Shown here: piece after piece, positions 1 through 7,583 of the stretch
How positions within the stretch are numbered: the first letter of the stretch is position 1
Layout of the letters: every line of letters begins with the position of its first letter
Origin: a virus
Taxonomy: Duplodnaviria > Caudoviricetes
DNA: 39,718 nucleotides
Virus record (IMG/VR): IMGVR_UViG_3300020044_001367
Span: 1-39,718 of that record
Strand: one strand, 5' to 3'
Position numbers and translations under genes: made by a program
Notes under the pieces: generated by a model
What the model was told of the DNA's origin: nothing
Databases searched by the model: none
What the model saw: only the letters and a program-made list of their open reading frames with translations

Positions 1-246
1 CTTGTTTACATAGGCGGTAATGCACAATTTGGTGCTGGTGTTGTGGACATTTTAGATTACACAGATACAAACAAAACTAAAACTTCTCGCGTTCTTAGTG
101 GTGTAGATAATAATGGATCTGGATTAGTTGCTTTTGCGTCAGGATTAGAAACAACTCAAACTGCAATTTCATCTTTAACTTTTACATCAAATAGTGGTAA
201 TTTTGCCCAGTATTCATCTTTTGCGCTATACGGGATTAAGGGGTAA
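1..246 (+). CDS. Partial (5'-truncated) virion accessory protein, paralogous to the N-terminal domains of the two following genes
   Basis: Frame is open from base 1 (LVYIGGNAQFGAGVVDILDY...). It ends AISSLTF...FAQYSSFALYGIKG, matching AINSITF...GSTFSLYGI (251..1537) and AITSATI...FAQYSTFYLYGI (1537..2898). Confidence 0.7.
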   Translation, partial: LVYIGGNAQFGAGVVDILDYTDTNKTKTSRVLSGVDNNGSGLVAFASGLETTQTAISSLTFTSNSGNFAQYSSFALYGIKG

Positions 247-250
247 TTAA

Positions 251-1537
251 ATGGCTGCTACTTATATTCCTTTAGCAACTCAAACTTTATCTTCTGCTGT
301 TTCAAGCGTTACATTTTCTGGTATTCCACAAACCTATACTGATTTAGTAATAGTTGCCAATCTTGGTAAATCGCTTACTGGATCATCAGTTGAGTTCAGG
401 TTTAATGCAGATGGTGGCAGTAATTATTCAATAACAGAACTATATGGAAATGGAACAAGTGCCGCTTCTGCTCGCGCTTCAAATTTAACTTATGGTCAAG
501 TTGCATATGATGTTGTTCCTGGCAGTGGAATAACATCAAACTTTTTGCTCAACATAATGAATTATTCCAACACAACTACAAACAAAACAACTATAAGCAG
601 AAACAATAGTATGGACACTACATATTCTGGCGCTGCTGCAATAGTAAATCTTTGGCGTTCAACTGCTGCAATTAACTCTATTACTTTTACTTCTTCAGGT
701 GGCGCTACTTTTACTACTGGTAGCACTTTTAGCCTTTACGGTATTGCTTCTGCCGCATTATCTGCTAAAGCAACTGGCGGAAACATTGTTACAACAGATG
801 GCACTTATTGGTATCACACTTTTACAGAGTCAGGCACTTTTACCCCTTCTACAAGTTTGTCGGCTGATTATTTAATAGTTGCGGGCGGTGGCGGTGCTGG
901 CGGAACAAATACAACAGTTGGCGGCGGTGGGTGGTTTGGCGGCGGTGGTGGTGCTGGTGGTTATCGCACATCAATTGGCGGCTCACAAATGTCACTTGTA
1001 AGCACTGCATACACTGTAACGGTGGGCGCTGGCGGTGCGGGCGGCACATCAGGTTCATCTGCTAATCCTGGTTCTGCTGGTTCTAACTCTGTTTTTAACG
1101 CAATAACTTCTACTGGTGGCGGATATGGTGGTGCTGGTTATTCAGGAACAATAAATGGCGGCAATGGCGGTTCAGGCGGCGGTGCTGGCGGGCAAACAGG
1201 AGCAAGTACAGGTGGAACTGGAATTTCAGGACAGGGCTTTGATGGTGGCAATACCGCGGGTGGGGGAACTGGTTATGGCGGCGGCGGTGGTGGTTCTAGT
1301 TCAGTTGGTGGTGCAGCAACTTCAGGCGCTAATGTTTCAGGCGGAACAGGTACAACAACAACAATTTCTGGCTCAAGCGTGACTTACGCAGCAGGTGGTA
1401 AAGGTGGAAGTAATAACACAACTGGAGCAGCGGGAACTGTTAATACTGGAAACGGTGGAGATCGCGGGAATGGCGTTACATCTGGTAACGGTTTTGCTGG
1501 CGGTTCAGGAATTGTAATAGTGAGGTACGCGGTTTAA
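251..1537 (+). CDS. Glycine-rich virion accessory/fibre-like protein (beta-rich N-domain + Gly-rich domain)
   Basis: N-domain MAATYIPLATQTL...LYGI, linker KATGG...YWYHTF, then a Gly-rich domain bounded by YLIVAGGGG and GGSGIVIVRY, a pattern typical of phage Gly-rich structural proteins. Confidence 0.75.
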   Translation: MAATYIPLATQTLSSAVSSVTFSGIPQTYTDLVIVANLGKSLTGSSVEFRFNADGGSNYSITELYGNGTSAASARASNLTYGQVAYDVVPGSGITSNFLLNIMNYSNTTTNKTTISRNNSMDTTYSGAAAIVNLWRSTAAINSITFTSSGGATFTTGSTFSLYGIASAALSAKATGGNIVTTDGTYWYHTFTESGTFTPSTSLSADYLIVAGGGGAGGTNTTVGGGGWFGGGGGAGGYRTSIGGSQMSLVSTAYTVTVGAGGAGGTSGSSANPGSAGSNSVFNAITSTGGGYGGAGYSGTINGGNGGSGGGAGGQTGASTGGTGISGQGFDGGNTAGGGTGYGGGGGGSSSVGGAATSGANVSGGTGTTTTISGSSVTYAAGGKGGSNNTTGAAGTVNTGNGGDRGNGVTSGNGFAGGSGIVIVRYAV

Positions 1538-2898
1538 TGCCAGCAAATTATGTACTACTAGAAAAGGTTACTGTTGGTGCGGCTACTGCTGCTTCTGTAA
1601 CTTTTAACAATATCCCTCAAACGGGCTACACAGATTTGGTTATTCACACTTTGGTTCGAGGAACTGTTGGATCAAATAACATTCAAATAAATTTTAATGG
1701 TAGCGGTGGAACCGCTTATTCGGACAGAACAATTTTTGGAACTGGAAGTTCTGCTGTTTCTGCTGCAAATAGTTCGCAACCTTTTGTTTATGGACTAAAC
1801 AATCAAAGCACATATACTGCTTCAACTTTTGCTAGTGGCACTTTTTACATTCCAAACTACACATCAAGCAATTTCAAATCAATTTCTTATGATGGCGTTC
1901 AAGAAAGCAATGTTGCTGGCGTTTATTCTTATCTGCTTGCTGGTCTTTGGTCTAACACGGCAGCAATTACATCAGCAACAATTGTTCCTAACTCAGGCTC
2001 ATTCGCCCAATACTCGACTTTTTACCTTTACGGAATAGCGGCTCTAAACACAACTCCTGCTATTTACCCTAAAGCCACTGGTGGAGATATTATTGAAAAT
2101 GATGGCACTTATTGGTATCACGCGTTTCTTGCTTCAGGTTCATTTACTCCTGCTATTGCTTTAACTTGTGATGTTTTAGTTGTTGCGGGCGGCGGCGGTG
2201 GTGGAGAAGGAACTTATTCAGCAGGTGGTGGCGGTGGTGCTGGTGGTATTTTTTACGCAACTTCACAATCAATTGCTTCATCTGCTCAAACTGTAACAGT
2301 TGGCGCTGGTGGTGCTGGCGGCATTTACAATACAAGCACAGGTGGTGCTAATGGAACAAATAGTTCTTTTGCTTTATTAACTGCTGGTGTTGGCGGCGGT
2401 GGTGCTGGTACTGGTGCTACTAATGGTAAAAACGGTGGTTCAGGTGGTGGCGCTGGTGCTGGCACTTCAGCAGTCGGTGGTTCATCAACTCAAACTGGTA
2501 CTGGTGGAACTGGTTACGGTTTTGCTGGTGGTTCAGTAACTGCAACAACAGCAGCGGCAGGTGGTGGCGGTGCAGGTGCAGTAGGTCAAAGCACTGGCGC
2601 TAATACTGGCGGTAACGGTGGTGCAGGATTAAACACTTGGTCATCTTGGCTTTCAACTACTGGCTTAGGTGTTAGTGGTTTTATTGCTGGCGGTGGTGGT
2701 GGTGATGGTGGCACAACTGCTGGAACAGGTGGTTCTGGCGGTGGTGGTACTGGTGGCGTTTATGCTGTTAGTGCGCCCGTAGCAGGTACAGCAAACACGG
2801 GTTCAGGCGGCGGTGGTGGTGGTGACACATCTGCACCACGCGGTAGCGGCGCTGCTGGTGGTTCAGGACTTGTTATTATTAGATACTTAGTAGCATAA
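1537..2898 (+). CDS. Glycine-rich virion accessory/fibre-like protein (paralog of 251..1537)
   Basis: Same architecture (IPQTGYTDL, KATGG, DGTYWYH, VLVVAGGGG, GGSGLVIIRY); TAATG coupling with the upstream gene. Confidence 0.75.
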   Translation: MPANYVLLEKVTVGAATAASVTFNNIPQTGYTDLVIHTLVRGTVGSNNIQINFNGSGGTAYSDRTIFGTGSSAVSAANSSQPFVYGLNNQSTYTASTFASGTFYIPNYTSSNFKSISYDGVQESNVAGVYSYLLAGLWSNTAAITSATIVPNSGSFAQYSTFYLYGIAALNTTPAIYPKATGGDIIENDGTYWYHAFLASGSFTPAIALTCDVLVVAGGGGGGEGTYSAGGGGGAGGIFYATSQSIASSAQTVTVGAGGAGGIYNTSTGGANGTNSSFALLTAGVGGGGAGTGATNGKNGGSGGGAGAGTSAVGGSSTQTGTGGTGYGFAGGSVTATTAAAGGGGAGAVGQSTGANTGGNGGAGLNTWSSWLSTTGLGVSGFIAGGGGGDGGTTAGTGGSGGGGTGGVYAVSAPVAGTANTGSGGGGGGDTSAPRGSGAAGGSGLVIIRYLVA

Positions 2899-2908
2899 AG
2901 GGAGAAAC

Positions 2909-3205
2909 ATGGCACATTTTGCAGAAGTATTAGATGGTGTAGTTGTGAGAGTTCTAGTTGTTCCTGACGCGGAAGAACACAGAGGCCACGATTTTCTTGC
3001 CAATGATTTAGGGCTAGGCGGAACATGGGTTCAAACAAGTTACAACAACCGCATCAGAAAGAACTATGCAGGAATAGGCATGACCTATGACGCTGACCTT
3101 GACGCGTTCATTGCACCTAAATGCCATGATGAAGCAATTCTTGATGAAGAAACTTGCAAATGGGATTGCGCAAATGAAATTCACACATTTAAGGAAATAA
3201 TCTAA
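2909..3205 (+). CDS. Conserved phage protein often found next to Gly-rich fibre genes (possible assembly chaperone)
   Basis: MAHFAEV...WVQTSYN...RKNYAGIG..YD...DAFIAP motif; GGAG RBS upstream. Function inferred only from context. Confidence 0.6.
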   Translation: MAHFAEVLDGVVVRVLVVPDAEEHRGHDFLANDLGLGGTWVQTSYNNRIRKNYAGIGMTYDADLDAFIAPKCHDEAILDEETCKWDCANEIHTFKEII

Positions 3206-3441
3206 TGACCGATACACCTAAGAAACTAATTGTTGATTTAGCAAAAGGCACTCAGGAATATGTAGATCTAACTCCTGCTGAAATTGCTGAGCGCGATCAA
3301 ATGCAAGCAGAAGCAGAAGTACGCCGCGCACAAGAAGAAGCGGATAAAGAAGCAGAAGCAGACGCTAAGTTATCTGCTCAATCTAAACTGCAAGCATTGG
3401 GTTTAACTGGCGAAGAAATCGCCGCAATCACTAAGAACTAG
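3205..3441 (+). CDS. Small helical phage protein (possible fibre assembly chaperone)
   Basis: 78 aa, LTPAEIAE...KLQALGLT.EE motif, TAATG coupling with the upstream gene. Confidence 0.55.
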   Translation: MTDTPKKLIVDLAKGTQEYVDLTPAEIAERDQMQAEAEVRRAQEEADKEAEADAKLSAQSKLQALGLTGEEIAAITKN

Positions 3442-4112
3442 CGCACCCACAACATACCTACATCAGCGGTAGGGCGTAGGTTGGCAACTTTCCAACCACC
3501 GTCTATCCAGTCATCTGCTGTAAGTTGATGCCACGCATTTAGTTGATGAACATTGTTGGGTTGCATGTTGCCCCATTCTTGCGGTTCTTCTAAATGATTA
3601 ACTATGTATTGAGCCGCCATTTCCCGATAGCCCAAATTCCATAAATAATCTAATTGTTCTTCATGCTGTTCAAGGGTTTCAAATGTCCATTCAAAGCAAA
3701 TCGTTCCCCCGTAATGGCGCGTCATTCCTTTAAATACTTCCCATTCAGCACCCTCAACATCAATCTTGATTAAGTCAGGGTTGCCGTATTTGTCAGCCAA
3801 TGTGTCTAGTGTGATTGTGTTTACTTCAATCTCACGGTGAGGCTTACCCTTGTATGGCATGCCCTCTTTGGTTAGCCACTCTTTGCTTAGCGTTGAAAGG
3901 CCATCTTCTTCAGCCTCATAAAACTTTAGGCGTTCATTATCTTTTTCAGCCACAGCCATTCTAAGCGGCACAACATTTGGGTTGTAAATGAAGTTACTAA
4001 CTAGGCGTGAATAAACGCGTGGTGCGGCTTCTAAGGCTATTACGCGGTATCCCTGAGCAAGCGCTGCAACTGTTGCATCACCGCGATTAGCCCCAACATC
4101 AAACATCAACAT
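3438..4112 (-). CDS. FkbM-family SAM-dependent methyltransferase
   Basis: FDVGANRG (SAM-binding motif I), ALEA, ITLD, and LIKIDVEGAE, the FkbM signature. Confidence 0.9.
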   Translation of the reverse strand: MLMFDVGANRGDATVAALAQGYRVIALEAAPRVYSRLVSNFIYNPNVVPLRMAVAEKDNERLKFYEAEEDGLSTLSKEWLTKEGMPYKGKPHREIEVNTITLDTLADKYGNPDLIKIDVEGAEWEVFKGMTRHYGGTICFEWTFETLEQHEEQLDYLWNLGYREMAAQYIVNHLEEPQEWGNMQPNNVHQLNAWHQLTADDWIDGGWKVANLRPTADVGMLWVR

Positions 4113-4662
4113 TTGTAAGCCTTTCTAAATTGCTTTTGACTGCTTTTGCGTAACTAGGTTCAATGTCCATTGCATCTAATTTATTTAATAGATCAATGCT
4201 TTCTTCTTTGCGGCCTATCCACCAGGCAGAAACAGCCTTTTCAAAAACCAGTACATATTGGCCTTCATAACCAACATGTACTGGCAATGCTCCACAGGGT
4301 TGTTGGTGTAATCCTAATTGCGCCCATGTATAACATTCCTGCCACTGCCCTAAGCGCTCATAGAACTGAGCCAAAAGAAAATAGGCTTCAGGGCGGTAAG
4401 GCAGATAAGCCACAGCCTGTAATAAGCAATTGCTAACAGTTCCTTGACGGTCATTCTGATCATCAAAGCAATGCGCAACCTTTAAAAGTGAGGCATAAGT
4501 AAGGCTAGGGTGATAAGTGTGACCGTATTCAGCAGTCCTTAGATAGAAAGAAACGGCTGAAGCAGTCTGGTTTTGCTTCTCATACTCCACTGCTACATCA
4601 AAATTAAGCGCTGGATTGAATGGATCTTTGGATAATTCAACAACTAATTGATCAATTTTCAT
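4099..4662 (-). CDS. Tetratricopeptide-repeat (TPR) protein
   Basis: Helical repeats ASAVSFYLRTAE and YLPYRPEAYFLLAQFYERLGQW. Start reassigned to MKIDQ (4662), overlapping the upstream stop. Confidence 0.75.
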   Translation of the reverse strand: MKIDQLVVELSKDPFNPALNFDVAVEYEKQNQTASAVSFYLRTAEYGHTYHPSLTYASLLKVAHCFDDQNDRQGTVSNCLLQAVAYLPYRPEAYFLLAQFYERLGQWQECYTWAQLGLHQQPCGALPVHVGYEGQYVLVFEKAVSAWWIGRKEESIDLLNKLDAMDIEPSYAKAVKSNLERLTNVDV

Positions 4663-5653
4663 AAGATAGTGCCTCCACAATTAGATCTTCTACTACCTTT
4701 TGGGGTACTTGCAAGATGAAAGCGGCGTTATCCTGGAAACCAAAAGACACCAAAAGGTTACCTTTGTGAACCGTTGCCCCTACACAGAACTCAACGCGAG
4801 CATCAAGGAATGAAAACGGCTGACCTAATCCCACAATGTTTAACTCTTGATCCCACACAACTAAACGGTGACGGTAAATTGCATCTTTCTGTTTTAAGTA
4901 ATTCTTAAATAGGTTTACTTCATGGGTGATAGAAATGTACATATTGCCCCAACGGATTACATGGCTAGATCCACGCTGATCAGCAGGAGGGGCAACGGTT
5001 GGCTTTACAAAAATCTGTACACATTCTCCCGTTTTAGGATCAGCCTTTACTAACTCTGTTGGCATAGTCCATTTAATAAAATGCCACGGCTTATCAATTA
5101 CGGGTATCCAATTCTTTTCACAGTATGAGTCATTTGGCTCAGGAGCATTTATGCGCACACGGCTAATTTCTTTAACAGTCCAGTTCTCACGGTCAATTTC
5201 AATCTTGCTGTATTCCATGCGGCCTACGCCATTGGTAGTTGTATCGCGGCGCACCCCTACTAAGTAATACTCCCCGCCCCATTGCACAACGCGGCAATCT
5301 TCTTCCCCTACAAACTCCCAAATAGGTTCAACATCAAGGGCTGATGTATCCACTTTGGCATGGTGAGTTATCTCAAGATCTGCATTTAAACGGCAAAGAT
5401 AATTAACGGTAACTAGACGGCGATCTTTTTCAGGGTGCAAATAAGAAAGCGGCCCGTGACGGCTAGGAAATAATTGCTCATTCTCAGCATGGTAAAGCGT
5501 GTAATTTACATGGCGTAGATTTACTAAAATCTCACCGTCATCATCAATAAAAATTGATGGGTTCATCAAACCTGTACCGCTTGTTAATCCGTGGGGTATG
5601 ACTAATGGGGCTAATTTGCCACCGTTTTGTACTGCCTTTTGTACTAAGTTCAT
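4652..5653 (-). CDS. Five-bladed beta-propeller glycoside hydrolase/phosphorylase-like protein (GH130/GH43-like)
   Basis: NPSI, GEEDCRV (cf. EDPR), EKNW, RGSS and VEFC.G motifs. The start is most likely MNLVQK at 5653, since the longer ORF would overlap the portal gene antisense. Confidence 0.65.
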   Translation of the reverse strand: MNLVQKAVQNGGKLAPLVIPHGLTSGTGLMNPSIFIDDDGEILVNLRHVNYTLYHAENEQLFPSRHGPLSYLHPEKDRRLVTVNYLCRLNADLEITHHAKVDTSALDVEPIWEFVGEEDCRVVQWGGEYYLVGVRRDTTTNGVGRMEYSKIEIDRENWTVKEISRVRINAPEPNDSYCEKNWIPVIDKPWHFIKWTMPTELVKADPKTGECVQIFVKPTVAPPADQRGSSHVIRWGNMYISITHEVNLFKNYLKQKDAIYRHRLVVWDQELNIVGLGQPFSFLDARVEFCVGATVHKGNLLVSFGFQDNAAFILQVPQKVVEDLIVEALSYEN

Positions 5654-5735
5654 AAGCCTTACACTACATGAATTCCAATAAATCGCTATCATAACCACAC
5701 GCCTGAAATAAAAGAGGCACATTGAGGGGATACAC
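5654..5735. promoter_or_regulatory. Divergent promoter region (antisense cassette / head operon)
   Basis: Minus-strand -10 TAGTGT (5661-5666) lies 7 nt before ATG 5653 (leaderless). Plus-strand -10 TATCAT (5687-5692) and RBS GAGGGG precede the portal gene. Confidence 0.5.
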
Positions 5736-7583
5736 ATGGGTTTGCGTGACCGTATCGTAAGAGCAATTGTTGGAACTGACATTGAAAAAGGCCCTAACCT
5801 GCCTGTTGGTGCAACAACAATTGGCACACAAGAGTTAATGAACGGTTTGCAAATGCAACAGCAGTATGGAAATACTGTTGCACTTCCACGCGCACCATTT
5901 AGCGCAACTGTTCCCTTTGGCCCAGGCATGCCAATTCTGCCTGGCGCAATTAACCCTGTTGATCCGATTACAGGCCGCCCTGAGCCACGCCGTTATGAAT
6001 ATCAGGTTGCTCAGAACATTAACATTACGGAAACAAAACTTGTTCCGTTTAATACTTTGCGAGCAAGCGCTGATGCAATTGATATTTTGCGCCGCTGTAT
6101 TGAAGTGACTAAATCAAAAATGAACGGCCTTCAGTTTGACATTGTTCTAGGTGATGACGCTTCAGAAAAAATTGCGGCTGAGTCAGGCGGCGATCATGTG
6201 CGCGCTATGGCTAAAGCCCGCGAGAAATACACAGATGAAATTAACCGCTTGCGTACATTTTGGGAAAACCCTGATCCCGCAAATGGATATACATGGCAGG
6301 ACTGGATCAACATTGCAGTTGAGGACATTCTTGTAATTGACGCATGGGCTGTTTACCCACAACCAACAGTAGGTGGAGATCTATACGGTTTCCAAATTCT
6401 TGATGGCTCAACAATCAAACCACTTATTGATGACCGTGGCATGCGCCCAATGCCACCAAACGCGGCTTTTCAACAAATCCTTTATGGTTTCCCGCGCTCA
6501 GAATTTTCCGCAACAGATGAAGATCCAAAAGCAGATGGTGAATTTACATCTGATCAATTGGCTTACATGGTGCGCAATCGCCGTTCTATTTCTGTTTATG
6601 GATTTAGTCCAGTAGAACGCGCCCTTTCATTAGCAGACATTTACCTACGCCGTCAGCAATGGATACGCGCTGAATACACAGATGGCGTAATGCCTGAACT
6701 AATGTTCACAACTGATGAAGATTGGGGAACTAACCCTGATCTCTTGCTTGCTTATGAGCGTATTCTTAATGATGATCTTGCTGGACAAACACAACAGCGC
6801 AAGCGCGCCCGTTTATTACCAAAGGGTTTAACACCAATTGTTAATGAAGGCTATGGCGAAAAGTTTAAAGATACCCTTGATGATTATTTAGTTACTTCAA
6901 TTTGTGGTCACTTTGGTGTTCAACCATCTGAAATTGGTTTTTCTCCAAAGGGCGGTTTAGGTGGCGCTGGTTATTCAGAAGGTCAAGCAGAAAATGCAGA
7001 AGCGTTAGGCATTGGCCCACTGGCTAACTGGATCTCAAAGCAACTTACAAATCTTTCTTACACATACTTAGGTATGCCGCGTGAACTTGAATTCAAACTA
7101 ATGACTTCAACGCGTTTAGACAATGAAGAAAACGCCCGCAAGAATGAAATTGAAGTGCGCTCAGGTGGCAAGTCAATCAATGAACGCCGTTCTGAAATGG
7201 GTTTACCTTTACTTGATACACCACAAGCAGACATGCCAATGATGGTTACAGGTTCAAGCGTTTTGTTATTTTCACCTGATGGCATTATTGATGCGGTTGC
7301 TTCAGCAAATGCTTCAGCGCTTAGCGGCCCTGATGCAACACCAATTGATCCAACAACTCCTAATCCGTTGGAAGAAAAACCTGAAGAAATAGCCGTTACA
7401 GATACTTCAGAAGAAGAAGCCACAGAAGTAAAAGCATTTATGAAGTGGGCGGCTAAAGGAAAGCGCGCAAGATTATTTGAGTTTAAATCGCTTGATCCAA
7501 TTGTAGGAGATGCTCTTAACCGTTGTGCTTTTGATGGCGATTTAGAAACCGCTAGGGCGCTGGCTAAGGCTTATCTAACATGA
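5736..7583 (+). CDS. Portal protein
   Basis: 615 aa; LDGSTIKP, YGFSPVE, ICGHFGVQPSEIG and SINERRSEMGLP motifs typical of HK97-type portals; first gene of the head module. Confidence 0.9.
   Translation: MGLRDRIVRAIVGTDIEKGPNLPVGATTIGTQELMNGLQMQQQYGNTVALPRAPFSATVPFGPGMPILPGAINPVDPITGRPEPRRYEYQVAQNINITETKLVPFNTLRASADAIDILRRCIEVTKSKMNGLQFDIVLGDDASEKIAAESGGDHVRAMAKAREKYTDEINRLRTFWENPDPANGYTWQDWINIAVEDILVIDAWAVYPQPTVGGDLYGFQILDGSTIKPLIDDRGMRPMPPNAAFQQILYGFPRSEFSATDEDPKADGEFTSDQLAYMVRNRRSISVYGFSPVERALSLADIYLRRQQWIRAEYTDGVMPELMFTTDEDWGTNPDLLLAYERILNDDLAGQTQQRKRARLLPKGLTPIVNEGYGEKFKDTLDDYLVTSICGHFGVQPSEIGFSPKGGLGGAGYSEGQAENAEALGIGPLANWISKQLTNLSYTYLGMPRELEFKLMTSTRLDNEENARKNEIEVRSGGKSINERRSEMGLPLLDTPQADMPMMVTGSSVLLFSPDGIIDAVASANASALSGPDATPIDPTTPNPLEEKPEEIAVTDTSEEEATEVKAFMKWAAKGKRARLFEFKSLDPIVGDALNRCAFDGDLETARALAKAYLT

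Noticed and set aside
880-2870. GGC/GGT runs as microsatellites or regulatory repeats
   Set aside because: Fully explained by glycine codons in Gly-rich domains.
251-2898. Diversity-generating retroelement acting on the Gly-rich genes
   Set aside because: No reverse transcriptase and no long template/variable repeat pair differing only at adenines; the repeats are short paralog microhomologies.
3438-4112. DNA methyltransferase explaining restriction-site patterns
   Set aside because: Motifs are FkbM-type (KIDVEG); there is no DPPY/NPPY or PCQ catalytic motif.
5654-5929. N-terminal 92-aa extension of the minus-strand propeller ORF
   Set aside because: It overlaps the portal gene antisense and looks non-protein-like; a leaderless start at 5653 explains the gene better.
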